64,000 nt of DNA from Ptychomitrium polyphyllum (taxonomy: Eukaryota): the NCBI GenBank assembly GCA_973851085.1, contig OZ316776.1, positions 8,494,001-8,558,000 on the forward strand. The letters are read 5' to 3'. The translations under genes were made by a program, and so were the position numbers. The stretch's first letter is position 1, and each line of letters opens with the position of its first letter. This document shows positions 1-15,821 of the stretch, piece after piece. The notes under the pieces were generated by a model. That model worked only from the letters and a program-made list of their open reading frames with translations, had not been told where the DNA came from and did not search any database.

Positions 1-911
1 CGTGCCGCAACCCCACATTCTCTCTTAACCCTAGAGATCCACCAACACCCTAAACACCTAAACACCTCGACATTCAACTCGAGGCTTTCGATGAAATTAA
101 ATAGCAGCAACCCTAGGGAAGGGTAGCAACCTACAATGTGCATGCTAGAGTAAGGTCGTACCTTCTGTCCCTCTAATAAATTCAAACCGGGAGCACTGTA
201 GAAAGTAGCCCCTAAAAGTCCGCAATACTTCGTAAAAATCAGAATAAATGAATTTCTGAATTCAGAAAATCATTTCTTTTCATAGCCCGCTACTTCCATT
301 GTGCCGTTAACTCTGCGGCTTTCACCCACAATTCAGGACTTGTTTCTGGAGGTAGAGATCATGGAACGATAACAGCAAAACACTAGAAACCCATACCAAG
401 CTCGAATTGGAAGTTCGAGTCATGAATAAAATAATTGAAAATTTCTGCTCACGAGAGAAAATATAATTTTGATTTGAGGATCGTGAGTGACAATGATGGA
501 GCTCAATGACCTCCATAAGCAAGCCAAAATGTCATCCTCCTCTAACCAAACAGGACAGGAGTTCCGCAATCGCGATAAAATGCGGCACGAAGCTAGTTCT
601 CTGCTTGCCACACCTCGACCAAGCTTCTTTAAACAACAATGCATACGTCTAAGGTTCGCGGCTTCGGATTTTTCACATCATTCACATTGAGGATATTAAC
701 AACATTATGTTAAGGCACCACGATTCTTCCACTTCCGCAATGGAGCGGCAAGGGAAGAACTGGAAAAGTTAGAATTCTCTCGTCCCTGATGTCGGCACAG
801 AATGTTCCGGATGCATAGCCCCAGTTCCATAGTGCTGCTCATTGACTTGAAGGGCTGTCTACGGTTGGGAAGACCTATTCACAGAATTCCAAGAAGGAGC
901 AGAGTACATAC

Positions 912-1038
912 CGTCAGACCACAAAGTGACAGCGGAGGCAGACGGCAGAAGGGGCTCAGAAACAGAAAAGAGAAACAAACAGAGGATGACGAAGCCTAGC
1001 ATACGCCGAGTCTCGTTGAGCCTGGGATCCCAGGCCAT
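912..1038 (-). CDS. Possible first coding exon (signal-peptide-like) of a gene continuing leftward
   Basis: ATG at 1038 gives MAWDPRLNETRRMLGFVILCLFLFSVSEPLLPSASAVTLWSD, with a basic n-region, a hydrophobic core and an ASA cleavage-like site. It is followed by a G|GTATGT donor. No convincing downstream exon was found in the window. Confidence 0.3.
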
Positions 1039-2401
1039 GGCAGCAACCCCCAGCTGCTCTGATTCTACTATTCCTAAGCTCCATTCTGCATCACTGCCAT
1101 TGTTGCTCAGTCTCACTCATCTTCAATCGCCTCATAATCATGATGCCCTTTGCTCCCTCTCTCAGAAATGACCCAAAGATCTCCGCCAACTTAACGAAGA
1201 TCATGCATCAATCCATGTCATTTAGTGACTCTAGTTTCTGTGTTATTCTTTTCGGGGAGCAGAAAGAAGAGATCATCCCATCGCAGAAGACAGGGAGACA
1301 GGCTCGAAGTTTCACTTGAGCGTGACAATATCCCTGGTTCGAGAACCTTTTCAGGATCCACAGGTGCTCATAATTCTCGCCGCTCTCAGTCCTCGATCTC
1401 TCCTTCTTACTTTCGTGGGAAAAAACAAACCACCATCAAGGCCCTGGCCCCTAAAATCCAAATCTCAAAAGCTGATTTCCGAGCTGCAAAAATACCCCTC
1501 ATGATCCCTTTACCTATTCGCGACATTGACATTCTCCTGCAACAACCCACCGGCCACAACCAGAAGTACTCGAAGCAAACACGCTCCTATGAACCGCAGA
1601 CAGCTCCTAGTTTTTCTCCTTGAACGGTACGTGAAAAGAATTAGGTGGAATCGAATAGAGCACAAGGAGCCGGCATGCCTTGCAGCTAACTAACTCGGAG
1701 CCGAGAAGAAGGAGGCGCAGGATCGGTAGCCATCAACGAAAAGGGAGGAACCAACAAAGCACTCCATGTCAACACCACCATTCCTGACTTGTAACAGAGA
1801 CATCTATTCTGGCACTGAGCCTAGGAGATTGGCAATATGTGACTTTGTGGTTTGTATTAGGTGAATTGACTCGCTAAAGCTTTTAGGATCTTACCAAAAT
1901 ACCATTCCTTATATCTGAGTAGGTTCTATTTCGAACATAATATTCCTCATTCCCATCCACATGCTCAAAAGCTGGGATTCTATAAAAATTCTGAAAGTCC
2001 TTTGCAGCGAAGTTGCCCAATAAGGAACGCGGAGTGCTCGTGTTTCCTGCAATATAGGTTTCTAAAATTATTGTGTTTACTTTTGCAATTGAATTTGGAC
2101 GGTTCGATGTGTGCCAAAACTTTTTTCTAAATTTAAATTTAAATTCAAAAGTTCACTTCAAGCTGGACCAAGATTGCAGCCATCCTAGCAGTGATCAAAT
2201 TTCAACTTTTACTGATGCAAACACCAGACCAAGTGTACAAAATTTGTCTATTAAATGCAATTCTTTACAAAGTTTTCCTACCGTTCAAATTACAAGAACT
2301 AGCCAATCAATGTCTTGGTTTACACTATTAAAAGGATTGATGGATGTAATGCGTTTCTTACTCGAAGTTCTGCATTTCCTGGAATAACAAACGGAAGGCA
2401 T

Positions 2402-5159
<2,758 letters not shown>

Positions 5160-5178
5160 GTAAAAATCTCACAATATG

Positions 5179-5187
5179 AAACCCTAG
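5179..5187. promoter_or_regulatory. Telo-box-like motif (AAACCCTAG) about 20 nt upstream of the RPT3 start codon
   Basis: The motif is seen directly. Related AAACCCTA copies occur in RPT3 intron 1 (4321, 4372), the ATG9 leader and the SRP9 upstream region. Confidence 0.4.
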
Positions 5188-5849
5188 CTCCCCTCGCGCT
5201 CCTCTTCTCCTTGCAATCGAGGGTTTCATGCGTTGAAACACAAGCTCATGCGCAAAACGCAAGCAACAACGACAATACAGAAACCATCATCTACTACACG
5301 CGTACACTCATCAATCTTAAATCTGCAAATCACCTAGACCATGTCATCTATAAATTCTCTAACAGACTGAGCAAGAATTTGACAATATCTACGTATTCTG
5401 CAAGGTTCAGAAACAAATATATGAAATTTTTTATTATATAAAAATCAAACTGTAAGCCGCCGGTAGGTGATGTTGGTGATGTAGGACGGTTGTTGGTTGT
5501 GCACCCCTAAGACGGATGAAAAATAGCACTCAATTTGGAAGTCCGTCAAAGAAACGGAGGCTCTCTGTTCGTTGTCTCCATTATAAAGAATTGTAATTCG
5601 TGACGTATGGTGTTTACTGTCATGGCAAATCACTCTGTAGGTGACTCTACCTATAGCGAGCCTGTAAAGTGCCACGTTGTCACATTCAAAGCTTTGTTGA
5701 CAACTCCTGTTGTGTTGTAAAAATTCAATCAGTTTATTTCTACATTGCTTCAAATGCGCCTAAATTGTCTTTTAAATTTGGAATTTCGAACATTGGTTCT
5801 TTTATGAGTTTATTGCATGTGTGTCAAGCTTGGCACATTAGGACCTTAT

Positions 5850-8200
5850 AAAAATGGAGTTCTTGTTGATTATTAACAACTACATCTTTTTTGAGATTCA
5901 ATCTTAGATTGTTATCTTGTAGATATGAAATGGCACAAATCAAGGGGTTTGACTATTTTATTTAGATCAAATTACCTTTGTGAATATCACTGTCAACTCT
6001 TCTTATTTTTTGGAAACTAAATACAACCATTCTTTAAAGCATTTTAAGAATGCTCTCAATTGCAACAATAATTTGAAACATATAATGAGATGTTGAAACA
6101 CTTTTTATTATATGGATATTTCTTTTCAATATTCCTAATTGCATTGATATAATATCTTTTGCCAAATCATAATTTGATGACATTCTTTTGCACTTCAATA
6201 TATATTTATAGTAGTTATGCTAAGTTGATATTCAATATCATATAGAGATTATTGGCTAAAAATAATATAAATGTAGCAACTTAACATTATAAAACTATTA
6301 GAAATTGACCAATTTAATAAATATGACATAAAAATAATACTTAGTTTTTTAGCAATTAATTAATATATAAAAAGAAATCTTTGAAAATGAAAAATTCAAA
6401 CAATTTGCAAATTTTTAGTAAGCCAACACAAAACTTAATCAAATTAATTAAAAAAAGTTATAAATTGATATCTTTGTACATGCATGATAATATCTATATG
6501 TATTATGGGAATATAATAAAATGCAAGTATTTAATTATCATAATGGATTTAGAAGGATCTAAATTCAAATTCCGCCTTTTTTTTTTTAAACTTCAAAATT
6601 AATCCTTTATCTATGGCTAGAATTATTAGTATACAATATTTATATTGTATTTTATTTAAAAGTTATTGGTTGTAAATATAGTCCATACAAATAATATGAT
6701 ACAATCATAATCTAAATAATATTTTTAAAGTGTAAATTTTTTATAAATTATGTCTTGTTTAAAAAAACTAATGAATTTTTTTATTAAATTTAAGATATTG
6801 CAAATTAGAATTGAAAATAGTATAGCATTTTAACTTGTAACAATTAAAACATTAAATAAAATGATTTCATCATATCATCCATTTTTAATATTTGATTATA
6901 TATGTAAGCATTTTAAATGTGCAATTAATATTGTAATATTGTTTTTATGTTCTTTTTATATTTTGCAAAATTTTATATTCAATATAATTTAAAGAACTTT
7001 AAAAGTATTCAATTTAATGGATTTCATTGATGTGACCATGAATTAATCAAAAAACAATAAAATTCTTCAAATGTTAAAAAAAATTCTTATAATTTTCTTG
7101 GAAGTTTTATGCTGTTAAAAATCATTTATATGATGTTTGATATGAGTTAAGCCTTCATATTAGTTCTTAATGTTTCTTTAAAATAAAACTGTATTTGAAA
7201 TATTAAAGTAAATAAAATAATAAAATAATCAACACAATATATTACAATTATATCTTTAATTTTAAAATGATGACATAAAATAAGAAACTATTATATGAGA
7301 AGATTTACATATAGTGGATAAAAGTCCATTTCGATTTTGCTTCAAGAAATCTAATATCAATGTTTAGAATGAAACATTTAATTTGAAGATATTATTTGTC
7401 ATTTTACTTTAGATTAATTGACTTTTATATACATCAAAATTTTAATCTAGATGATATACATAAATACATGTGAACTATTTATATCACAAAGATCATTAAT
7501 ACTACATTCATATCAATGGAATTGAAGCAAATTATTTTAAACATAAGTCTTTTAGATTTTAAAACAGAAGTTGAAGTGTTCAAGAATGAAATAGAAGTAA
7601 AATTAAGCAAGAATAGATCAAATATAGGATAAAAGATTCAATGTTTTAAAATAATATTCAAATAAACAAATATTCATTATTTGATTATTAAATCAATAAA
7701 GATAATTATGAACTATATTAAGATTAATATGCAATATTTTACTCCATTTCTATACTATACCACATTATTTAGTACTATTATTCTAAAATCTAATATTAAT
7801 GTGATTTTTTACATCATTCCTTGGACTAATTTTACTATAAATTTTACTATAATTTTACTATAAAATGTCAGTATGTAACAATATGATATGACAATATAGT
7901 ATAACTTTATTAATACATAATGATCACAGATTAATTCTTTAAAATGTTTTTGTTAAATCATTTTATTCACCATAAATCAGGTAGTAGAATGTTGGTATGG
8001 AACACATTATATGGAATATGAGGAATTTAATATGAACCACATTATAACAATTTATTGTAAAGATCTCTAATTTCTAATTTATTGATACACATTTGTAGTA
8101 ATTGCAAACTATAGTGAGGCTTTTAGAATTATTGACACCCACATTAAAATCTAATTTAATGGCAATAATGGATGTAGCAATTTCAACACTTTGGTGTCAA
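5850..8200. other. Extremely AT-rich intergenic spacer
   Basis: Long A/T runs and only low-complexity I/K/N/F-rich spurious ORFs. No recognisable TE protein or terminal repeat. Confidence 0.6.
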
Positions 8201-8532
8201 AATGGCCATTTCCACAGTGAATATACCAATCTGAACCAATTATTAGTGTATGCATCCCTTTTTCTCGGAAACTAAAAGGTTTTATGTTCAAGCTGCTCAT
8301 AGATTGCAGTACAGGTGTGTCCACACCACCAATAAAAATTGCTGCTTCCTATGAAACAGGTTCCCTCATCAAAAAACAACAAAAGTCTAGCGACAAAGCA
8401 CTTTGCATTCGCCAATAATTCCATAAAAAGGGAACAAGTAAGAAATACCACACAAATGCTGATTCCTCACAAAGGAAACCTCTTTCCCAATCAGCTCTTG
8501 TACTAGAAACCGTTCAACTACATCGTTCACCA

Positions 8533-8613
8533 GTCACACATCCGTCACACATCCGTCACACATCCGTCACACGTCCATTACACGTCCATTACACGTCCGT
8601 CACACATCCGTCA
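8533..8613. repeat. 11-bp minisatellite, about 7.4 copies
   Basis: GTCACACATCC x3, GTCACACGTCC, ATTACACGTCC x2, GTCACACATCC, then GTCA. Confidence 0.92.
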
Positions 8614-10892
8614 TCCCTTGTCAACCTCAGTCAATGAAATTCAAACGAATCGCCAAACTTTCTGAACGAACGACGAATGGACGACGAACGAAGGGCGAAC
8701 GATGAAATCCTACTATAACTGCTCCAACTTACCTGGCACCTTTCCGATTGAATTCTACTCGATACCCTGCTAATACCGACCTAGTACCGGCTGATACTTA
8801 GGCGCTCCATTATTAAGTGACAATACTCCGGTGTACATACCCAAAACAGTTACGGACTGTTCGTCACTTGACATGAGTTGGATATTATCTATGCAGTTGT
8901 AGAATTCATGAAACTAGTATTAGGAATATTCTAGTTAGTGTCGGTTTGGGTGCAGTGACGGTTTCAGTGCGTCCCTGACAACCCTGTTCGAAGATCGGGG
9001 GACGGAGCCGCAGGGAGTGAACCTTATTTCGTGCACTGTCCGTCTGATGCTTTGACTATACTCAGGCGATACCACTGGGATACCTTCTCGATACTCAGGC
9101 GCTCATCTCGCATCTCCAAACTTGAAGCTGTCGTCGTGGATCGGGGACGAAGCTGTTGTGGGAAGGTGAGCTTGATTCGTCAACTTTGCGTACGTCGCTT
9201 GTCGCCCCACAGTTAGTGCGGCACGCGCACCAAGACACACACTTCCTGCCATGAAACCGCGGCCTGCAATCTGTTCTTCACCTGAACCGCGGAACTTAAC
9301 CTTTCTGAGATCCCCTGCTAACTCCAAATTTGGAGCCTGCCGCATCGCAAGTGGAGCGCCATCGGTTGCGAACACTGGGATCGGAGATTGGTGTCGTTTC
9401 GCGTGGCCACTTTATTCCGTTGGTCCTTTCGCGCACAAGGCTATGATTTCGCACATGCAGATGAGAGTACCATTGCGGAGTGTCAATTTGGGAAAGTTTC
9501 TTCAAGCGCTCTTTATTTAGGTCAGTCTGCGCTTTCTGAGGTTTTCTCGTTTTTCGTGTCGATGCAAGTGGTTGGAGTGCGGCGGAGTGAAGTGAGAGGA
9601 GTGAGGGGGAGGAGTGCCGGTGGTTTTGAGAAATCGCCGTGAGTTGGAGGGATGTGGAAGTTGGCGGAATTGGTGAAACCCTAAGCGCTGTGTGTGGTGA
9701 ATTGGCGGGGAGTTTGAGGAGTAATTGTGGCTAGATTGCGACGGTTTGGAATGAGTGACGAGGTTTGCGAGTGAATGGCGTGAGCTGCAAGGGATTGTTT
9801 GGTTAGCGTGACGGAGCGGGGAAGGCGTTGAGAGAAACCCTAGGAGGGGGTGAATTGGAGATCAAGGGTGTGTGGGACCGGGAGTGGCGACAATTGCGAT
9901 GCATTCGGGTAGATTCGGGGAACCGTGGTGTGTGCATGAAGAGTTCTCGTGAGGAGGGAGGAAAGGAGGGGGTGTGTGCGTGGCGTCCCCTCGGGTTTGT
10001 TTTTTTTTCGTGAAGTAAGGGTAGGGTGGGAGCGTTGGCGTGGATGGTGATGATGAGTGTGTTGTGGTAGTGTAGGCATAGGGATTGATGTGGCGGAGTT
10101 CGTGTGCCTTTTGCAGCAATTCTCGGAGTACGAGTGTCGGGGTGGATTTTTTTGATATTAGTGGAGATTTTGGTCTTCTTTGGAACATAGGCGTTGGTTC
10201 CACTGTTATGGTTGATTGGAGTGGAGACTGGCAGCCTGGGCGCGTCAGGTTGCGACATTCGTGAATCTAGGTTTGTCTCCTTCTAGGGGCTTCCTTGGCG
10301 GTTAGGCTGGACAGTTTGGTTCGCACGGGTTGACGTAGTCAGCTTGCGTTGTCGTGGGCGAGCAGCGTTTTATAGAGATCTTATGCTTTTTGCAATGCAT
10401 TGGATATTTGTCTTCTTACGGTATCCTGAATTCTTTGATATTCTTTAGAAAGAAACTTTTGTCGAAGGGACACTAATAATCGGCTGCGAATTTTAAGTTA
10501 AGCGTGGAAGTCCGTGTGTTTCCTTTGTCCAAATTTGATTGCTTCCACTGAGTTTGGTTTGCTCAACGGAGGAGTGTTATAGAGTACATGAGTGAATTGT
10601 TGGAGTGGTTGCACATCAGCCCTCGGTTTTAATTCCTAGACGAAACTTAGTTATTTTGGTGTTATCCCCCGACTGATTGGTATTTAGAATTGTACATAGT
10701 TCTCGATGATTTCATACCTCCTTGCTTCAAATTAGGTTTTGAATTTCTACGTGCAGTAGTTTGGAACCTCGGATTCTTCAACCTCAAACAGCACCCAATT
10801 ACAAATGATGTGTGGACTCTCTTGGTTTAGTCGAGTTTATGCGGTGCTGAAGCATACTGTTGGTGGACTTTATCATTCAGGAGCAGGGGTGA

Positions 10893-11218
10893 ATGGCGTG
10901 GGGTTAGCCTTCGGCTGAAGGGATTAGAAGCGCCAATTGTTTTCGCGGACAAATTAAATTGGTTCATAAATTACCACTCGGCAATCTCGGAGCTTGACAA
11001 CATTTTAAAATTTTTGGCGAGTTCAGGGATAGGGGAGGAAGGCCGTGCTGGATCACCATGAAAGTTTGGCTCTGGTGGGTGAGGAGGATTTTAAAGGCAT
11101 GCGTAGGGTGCTGAGGTTAGAAGACTCTTGGATACTGGATTTGGAATTAGGTGGTTCAGCGAGGCTGGTGCTGCCCGCTGGCTGCCTCAAATTATGTTCC
11201 GCAACAATGAACTATTAA
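10893..11218 (+). promoter_or_regulatory. Three uORFs in the predicted ATG9 leader
   Basis: uORFs at 10893-10907 (MAWG*), 11058-11114 (18 aa) and 11099-11218 (39 aa, overlapping the ATG at 11194 out of frame). They lie downstream of a TTCAG acceptor at 10880. Confidence 0.45.
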
Positions 11219-14200
11219 GAGGTGTTCAACATGGATCGGTTAGTGCCGTTTGCGTAAACTATTCCTCTTTATTTTTACTTTTGCTTCGTGTTTATGTTCT
11301 TTAGCATATGTAATGTGGAGTGCGCATTGTTTTATGATTCTTAATTACATAGTTGATAAACTAAGTAACTATATCCTGTAATTTTATGCTCTCTCAAAAT
11401 TTTAGATTTTCTCTTCTGTTTAGAACGGTTAGATGTATGTGACAACGTATTATCTTGTGGTCAGGAGCACCCTCTTCTTGATGGATCTAATTTTTTAACT
11501 CAGTAGGTTGGAATCCTGCAGGCTGAAGTGGAGCTGCCTGAATATCATCGACTCCATGGAGGTGAAGATGCTGCAGGTCCCCCTGACTTCTTTCGAGGCG
11601 AAACTTTTAAGTGGGGAGCTGTAACTGATCTCGATGAGTTCTTTCAGCGGGTTTATCAGTATTATTGTGATAAAGGTTTTTGGTGTATATTTACTCAATG
11701 GTTGTGTGAGCTTGTCTCACTGGGGTTCACTATCGGCTTCTCTGGTTTCCTCGTATTATTTGTAAATTGGCCGGGGTTACTCAATGCCAAGTGTGGTATA
11801 GATGCCATCGATGAAGGAAATTTGCATAATTGCGACCTTGTAAAAGAGGCGCTACACAAACATCCGTTAACTCCATTTACTCTCGTCAAGGCTTTCTTCG
11901 TCACATATCTCGTCCTCCTCTCTTTATACTGGTTGTTTTGCTTCCTCCGATTCTTTACTCAGCTGCGCAATACTCTTGAGGTCCGGCACTTTATACATAA
12001 CAGGTGCGTGATGTGCGTTGTTGAACGCCCTTTTCTATGTTGTCACTAATTTGTTAGTTTGTCTGTTTTCTATGTCGTCACTTATTTTGTACCCTGTCAG
12101 CAATTTGGCATAAATCTATCACCAGCAATGGTGTAGTTCATTTCTTGGTTTTGTTTTCTGGTTCAGATTTTTCTGTTGACTTATAGTATTTGGATATGCT
12201 AATTAATAGCGTTTTCTTCTGGCAGTCTTGCCGTATCAGAAAATGAGTTGCAAACAATGACCTGGCCGACACTGGTTGACAAAATTGTACAGTTGCAACA
12301 ACACGAACGGCTCTGTATTGTGCGGCAACTTTCAGCTCATGATATAGTTAGCCGTATTATGCGGAAGGAAAACTATCTAATTGGCCTATTGAATAAGGGA
12401 GTATTGGGCCTAGATTTGCCCTCGTGGGTACCTGGCGCGGGGCCTATGCTTAACCATGACAAAAAGCATCTAGTCTTGACGAAGATGGTTGAATGGAGCC
12501 TCAATTGGTGCATTCTTCAACACATGTTTGACAGGCAAGTTTTGGTGTTGATTTAGTAACATGTTTTATGGTATGTACTTAATGATTAAGAGTGGATCGA
12601 TTCTACAGCTAAACCCAGTAAAGCAGTAATGCAAATGGTGGTCGAAATCCTGACTGTTTGCCTTTTGTTTTGTTACATCGATGCTCTTTACTGGATTTCC
12701 AATTTTAATGGTCGTATGTTTTGCATTGCAGTAACTTTTTGGTACATAGAGACTTCACATGTAACCCTGCACGCCTGCGCAAGAGACTGGTGGTGCTGGG
12801 CGTCTCTATGTTGCTCCTGTCACCTTTCTATGGGATCTTCATGTTCTTCTACTTCTTACTTCGGAATGCTGAATTATTCTACCACAATCCTGCATCAATG
12901 AGTTCGAGGCGGTGGTCAAATTTGGCCAAGTGGAACTTTCGGGAATTCAATGAGGTTGTAACATCTTTATTTCTTTCTTTTCCCATTTCCCAGGTTTCAT
13001 GTCCATTTCTACTTAAGAAAATGAGTAGTGAGAAATGAGCAATTTATACTGAATGATAGTTACTAGGTCTAATGTTGTTATTGTATTGTCTATTGCAGCT
13101 GGAGCATATGTTCAAGCACCGTCTGAATTCAAGCTATAGGCATGCTGTGGAATATGTGAAGCAGTTTCCATCCCCTATTACCAGCATGATTGCAAAACTA
13201 GTTTCGTACATAGCGGGCTCATTTGCAGCTGTTATTCTTTTAATCTCCTTGATCGACGAATCCCTTCTAGAAGGCCATGTGAGTATCCTGATGCTAAATT
13301 ACTCGATCTTAATTTGGTTATGTGATTGGGAGCAGCATGATTGTTTTTAGTTGCGTTGTAGACATCCCAATCCGTGTTTTGCTTGGTGTGATTGTTATTT
13401 TCCGAATCCAAATGAGAACCCTTTTTTTAATTTGCAGTTGGACGGTGATGTTGTTAATCCAGTTATGAGATTATCAAACGAATTATCCGTTCCTGAAGTT
13501 TTGAATCAAAAATAAAAATAAAAATAAATTTTAATACAAAATAATAAAATAATAAATGTATCTGTTTCTGATTGAACAGATTGGAAAACACAATTTGATC
13601 TGGTATACAGCCTTCTTTGCAACAGTCTTGATGGTGAGTAGGTCCTTAATTACTGAGGACTATGAGGTCTTCGATCCACTGGGCGTCATGCGACAGATTA
13701 CGGGTCATACTCATTACATGCCTAAACACTGGCGGGGTGCTGAAAATACAGAGACTGTTCGGTTAGAGTTTGAGGGTCTATTTAAGGTAAAATTCTATTT
13801 CAAATTTGATGATTTTATTCAACCATCAATTTTCCAAAGACATGTTTGTCTTAGTCGTTTGTGATCACATAGCAGTTCTTACCTGCTTTGCAGTTTTGGT
13901 AGTGAAGTGTGTTCTATGACACTTTGTACTTTAATCTTAGTGCTAATTCATGTAGTGGTTTTCTGAACAAGTCTTTGAAAGCCCTGATTCTTTCTGGCTA
14001 ATCCTATTTTGTGTGTGTGCTGTTTGTTTCTATGCAGTATAAAGCAGCACTATTCTTTGAGGAGATCATGTCCATTGTCGTTACACCCTTCATTCTTATC
14101 TTCGCACTACCCAAGGTAACTACAATCAGAAGGAGGCCTCTAGCGGTTTAGTTTTCTACATTCACTGGTTACGAGCATATGCTGAAAGGTGTCATACAGC

Positions 14201-15821
14201 TTAATATGCTGCACAGACTTGATCACATTTCTCTTCCTGGGGCTATGAAACTAACTGTTGGCTGCTTGGCTGGGCAGTGTGTGGAAGATGTGCTGCTCTT
14301 TGTACAGGATTTCACTGTTCATATTGAAGGTGTTGGCCATGTCTGCAGGTGAGCACATTAGTTTGATTCGTTTTGGTTCTGACTATTTTTACTTGGCGTC
14401 ATGACAGGCCTCTAGTGTACTTTTTATTGTCAACTATGATTCATAGTTGACAGATGTGGTTTCAAACACGTTTCGATTTCAATAGAGAGCTGGAGGGATC
14501 TCCTGTCTATTTTTGTAGGACCCGTATATGGAGGTCAAGAAGAGTCAAACTTACATGTTTAGCTATATGGATAGGTTTTATATTTCTCATGTGACAAGTC
14601 CTCCGTTGTTTCCAGCTTGAGTGTCTTCGACTTTGAGCATCATGGAAACTCCAAGTATGGGTCTCCATTTCATACAAGTAAGGACCGACGTAGTTCACAA
14701 GGCAAAATGGAAAAATCTTTTATAAGGTAATGCTGTTACCGTCTTTACCAGTTTTATTTTAAACGCTAAGCTGACTGTGTATTATCTAGTCGCTTCTGTT
14801 TGGTTGGATATTTAATTTAGACAGTTCCGCTCATATAATTAGCCGTAGGTTTGAAAATTGAATGCTGGTGCTTCGATGTCAAGCACTTGGAGTGTTGATG
14901 TTTCTGAATCGCTTTCTTTCTGGTATATACAGTTTCAAAACGAACTATCCGAATTGGGAACCAGATGGGAACGGCAAACAGTTCATATCTGTGCTGGCTG
15001 ACTTCCGTCTACGAAATCAAGAGAATGGTCTTGCAATGGGTCAGTTATTTTCGTCTGTTCGTCTACCGCAACCGCCCAATCAACTCAAACCTTGGGGGGC
15101 ACCCAAGCCTGGAAATTCTCTTTACACTCGCTCTGTTAACTCAACTGTTCGAGACAGATTTGGCCACGACATTCCTTTTGCCCGCCCCTCATCTGTGAAT
15201 AGCGCAAGTTTCGACCTGCAAAGGTCGCTTACTGAGAATTCCGATCAGCTCTATTGGCTGGACAAGTTTTACACAGCATCACAATCACCCCAAAATTTGG
15301 AATCTGGGCTGTTGCCCGATGGAAGTCATAGTGAAGTTGGGGGAACAATTACAGATGGTTTCGGTTCCAGGTACGGTGGTATTGACGGGAGTTTACCAAG
15401 TAGGGGTGATGATATAGAGAAATTGAACAGAGTAGGGATGAATTTGCAAGCCTCCACACGAGGAATTCTTGGGAACCAGGGATTCGGGCAAGGAGCGGGC
15501 GAGAGTAGGTGGTGGGCTCGTAAAGGGCCCGGTTCAACAGGTGCACCTGGAGAGAGCTCTTTCGAGCCTCCAATGTTTGCCAGAGGTCATATAGCAGAAA
15601 GTCAAGATGATTTCTATGAAAGTGAAGAGGATCATGAGCGGGAATGGTCATCACAACGGCATACAAGGAGGACGTTTGGGAGTAGCCAAATCTCGGAGGA
15701 TGAAAGCCCGACTTTGGAATTACCATTTGGGGACGTATACCAAAGACCTCGGGAAGAACCAGTCTTGAGCTCAGGGGGTGGATCCGTGGCGCCAGTAGCG
15801 TCAGAGAGCAGTTCAGACTGA
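11194..15821 (+). CDS. ATG9: Autophagy-related protein 9, 10 exons, about 864 aa
   Basis: Exons 11194-11238, 11522-12003, 12226-12534, 12732-12954, 13099-13278, 13580-13786, 14038-14115, 14278-14348, 14616-14726 and 14933-15821. Motifs: DLDEFFQRVYQYYCDKG, RIMRKENYLIG, WNFREFNE, HYMPKHWRG, EGVGHVCS and SSQGKMEKSF. The first exon and start codon are inferred. Confidence 0.95.

Noticed and set aside
8533..8613. CRISPR-like array
   Set aside because: The 11-bp units are contiguous with no spacers, the context is eukaryotic, and there are no cas genes.
9803..10258. His/Pro/Thr-rich minus-strand ORFs
   Set aside because: They are antisense translations of the G/T-rich ATG9 leader region and contain no domain.
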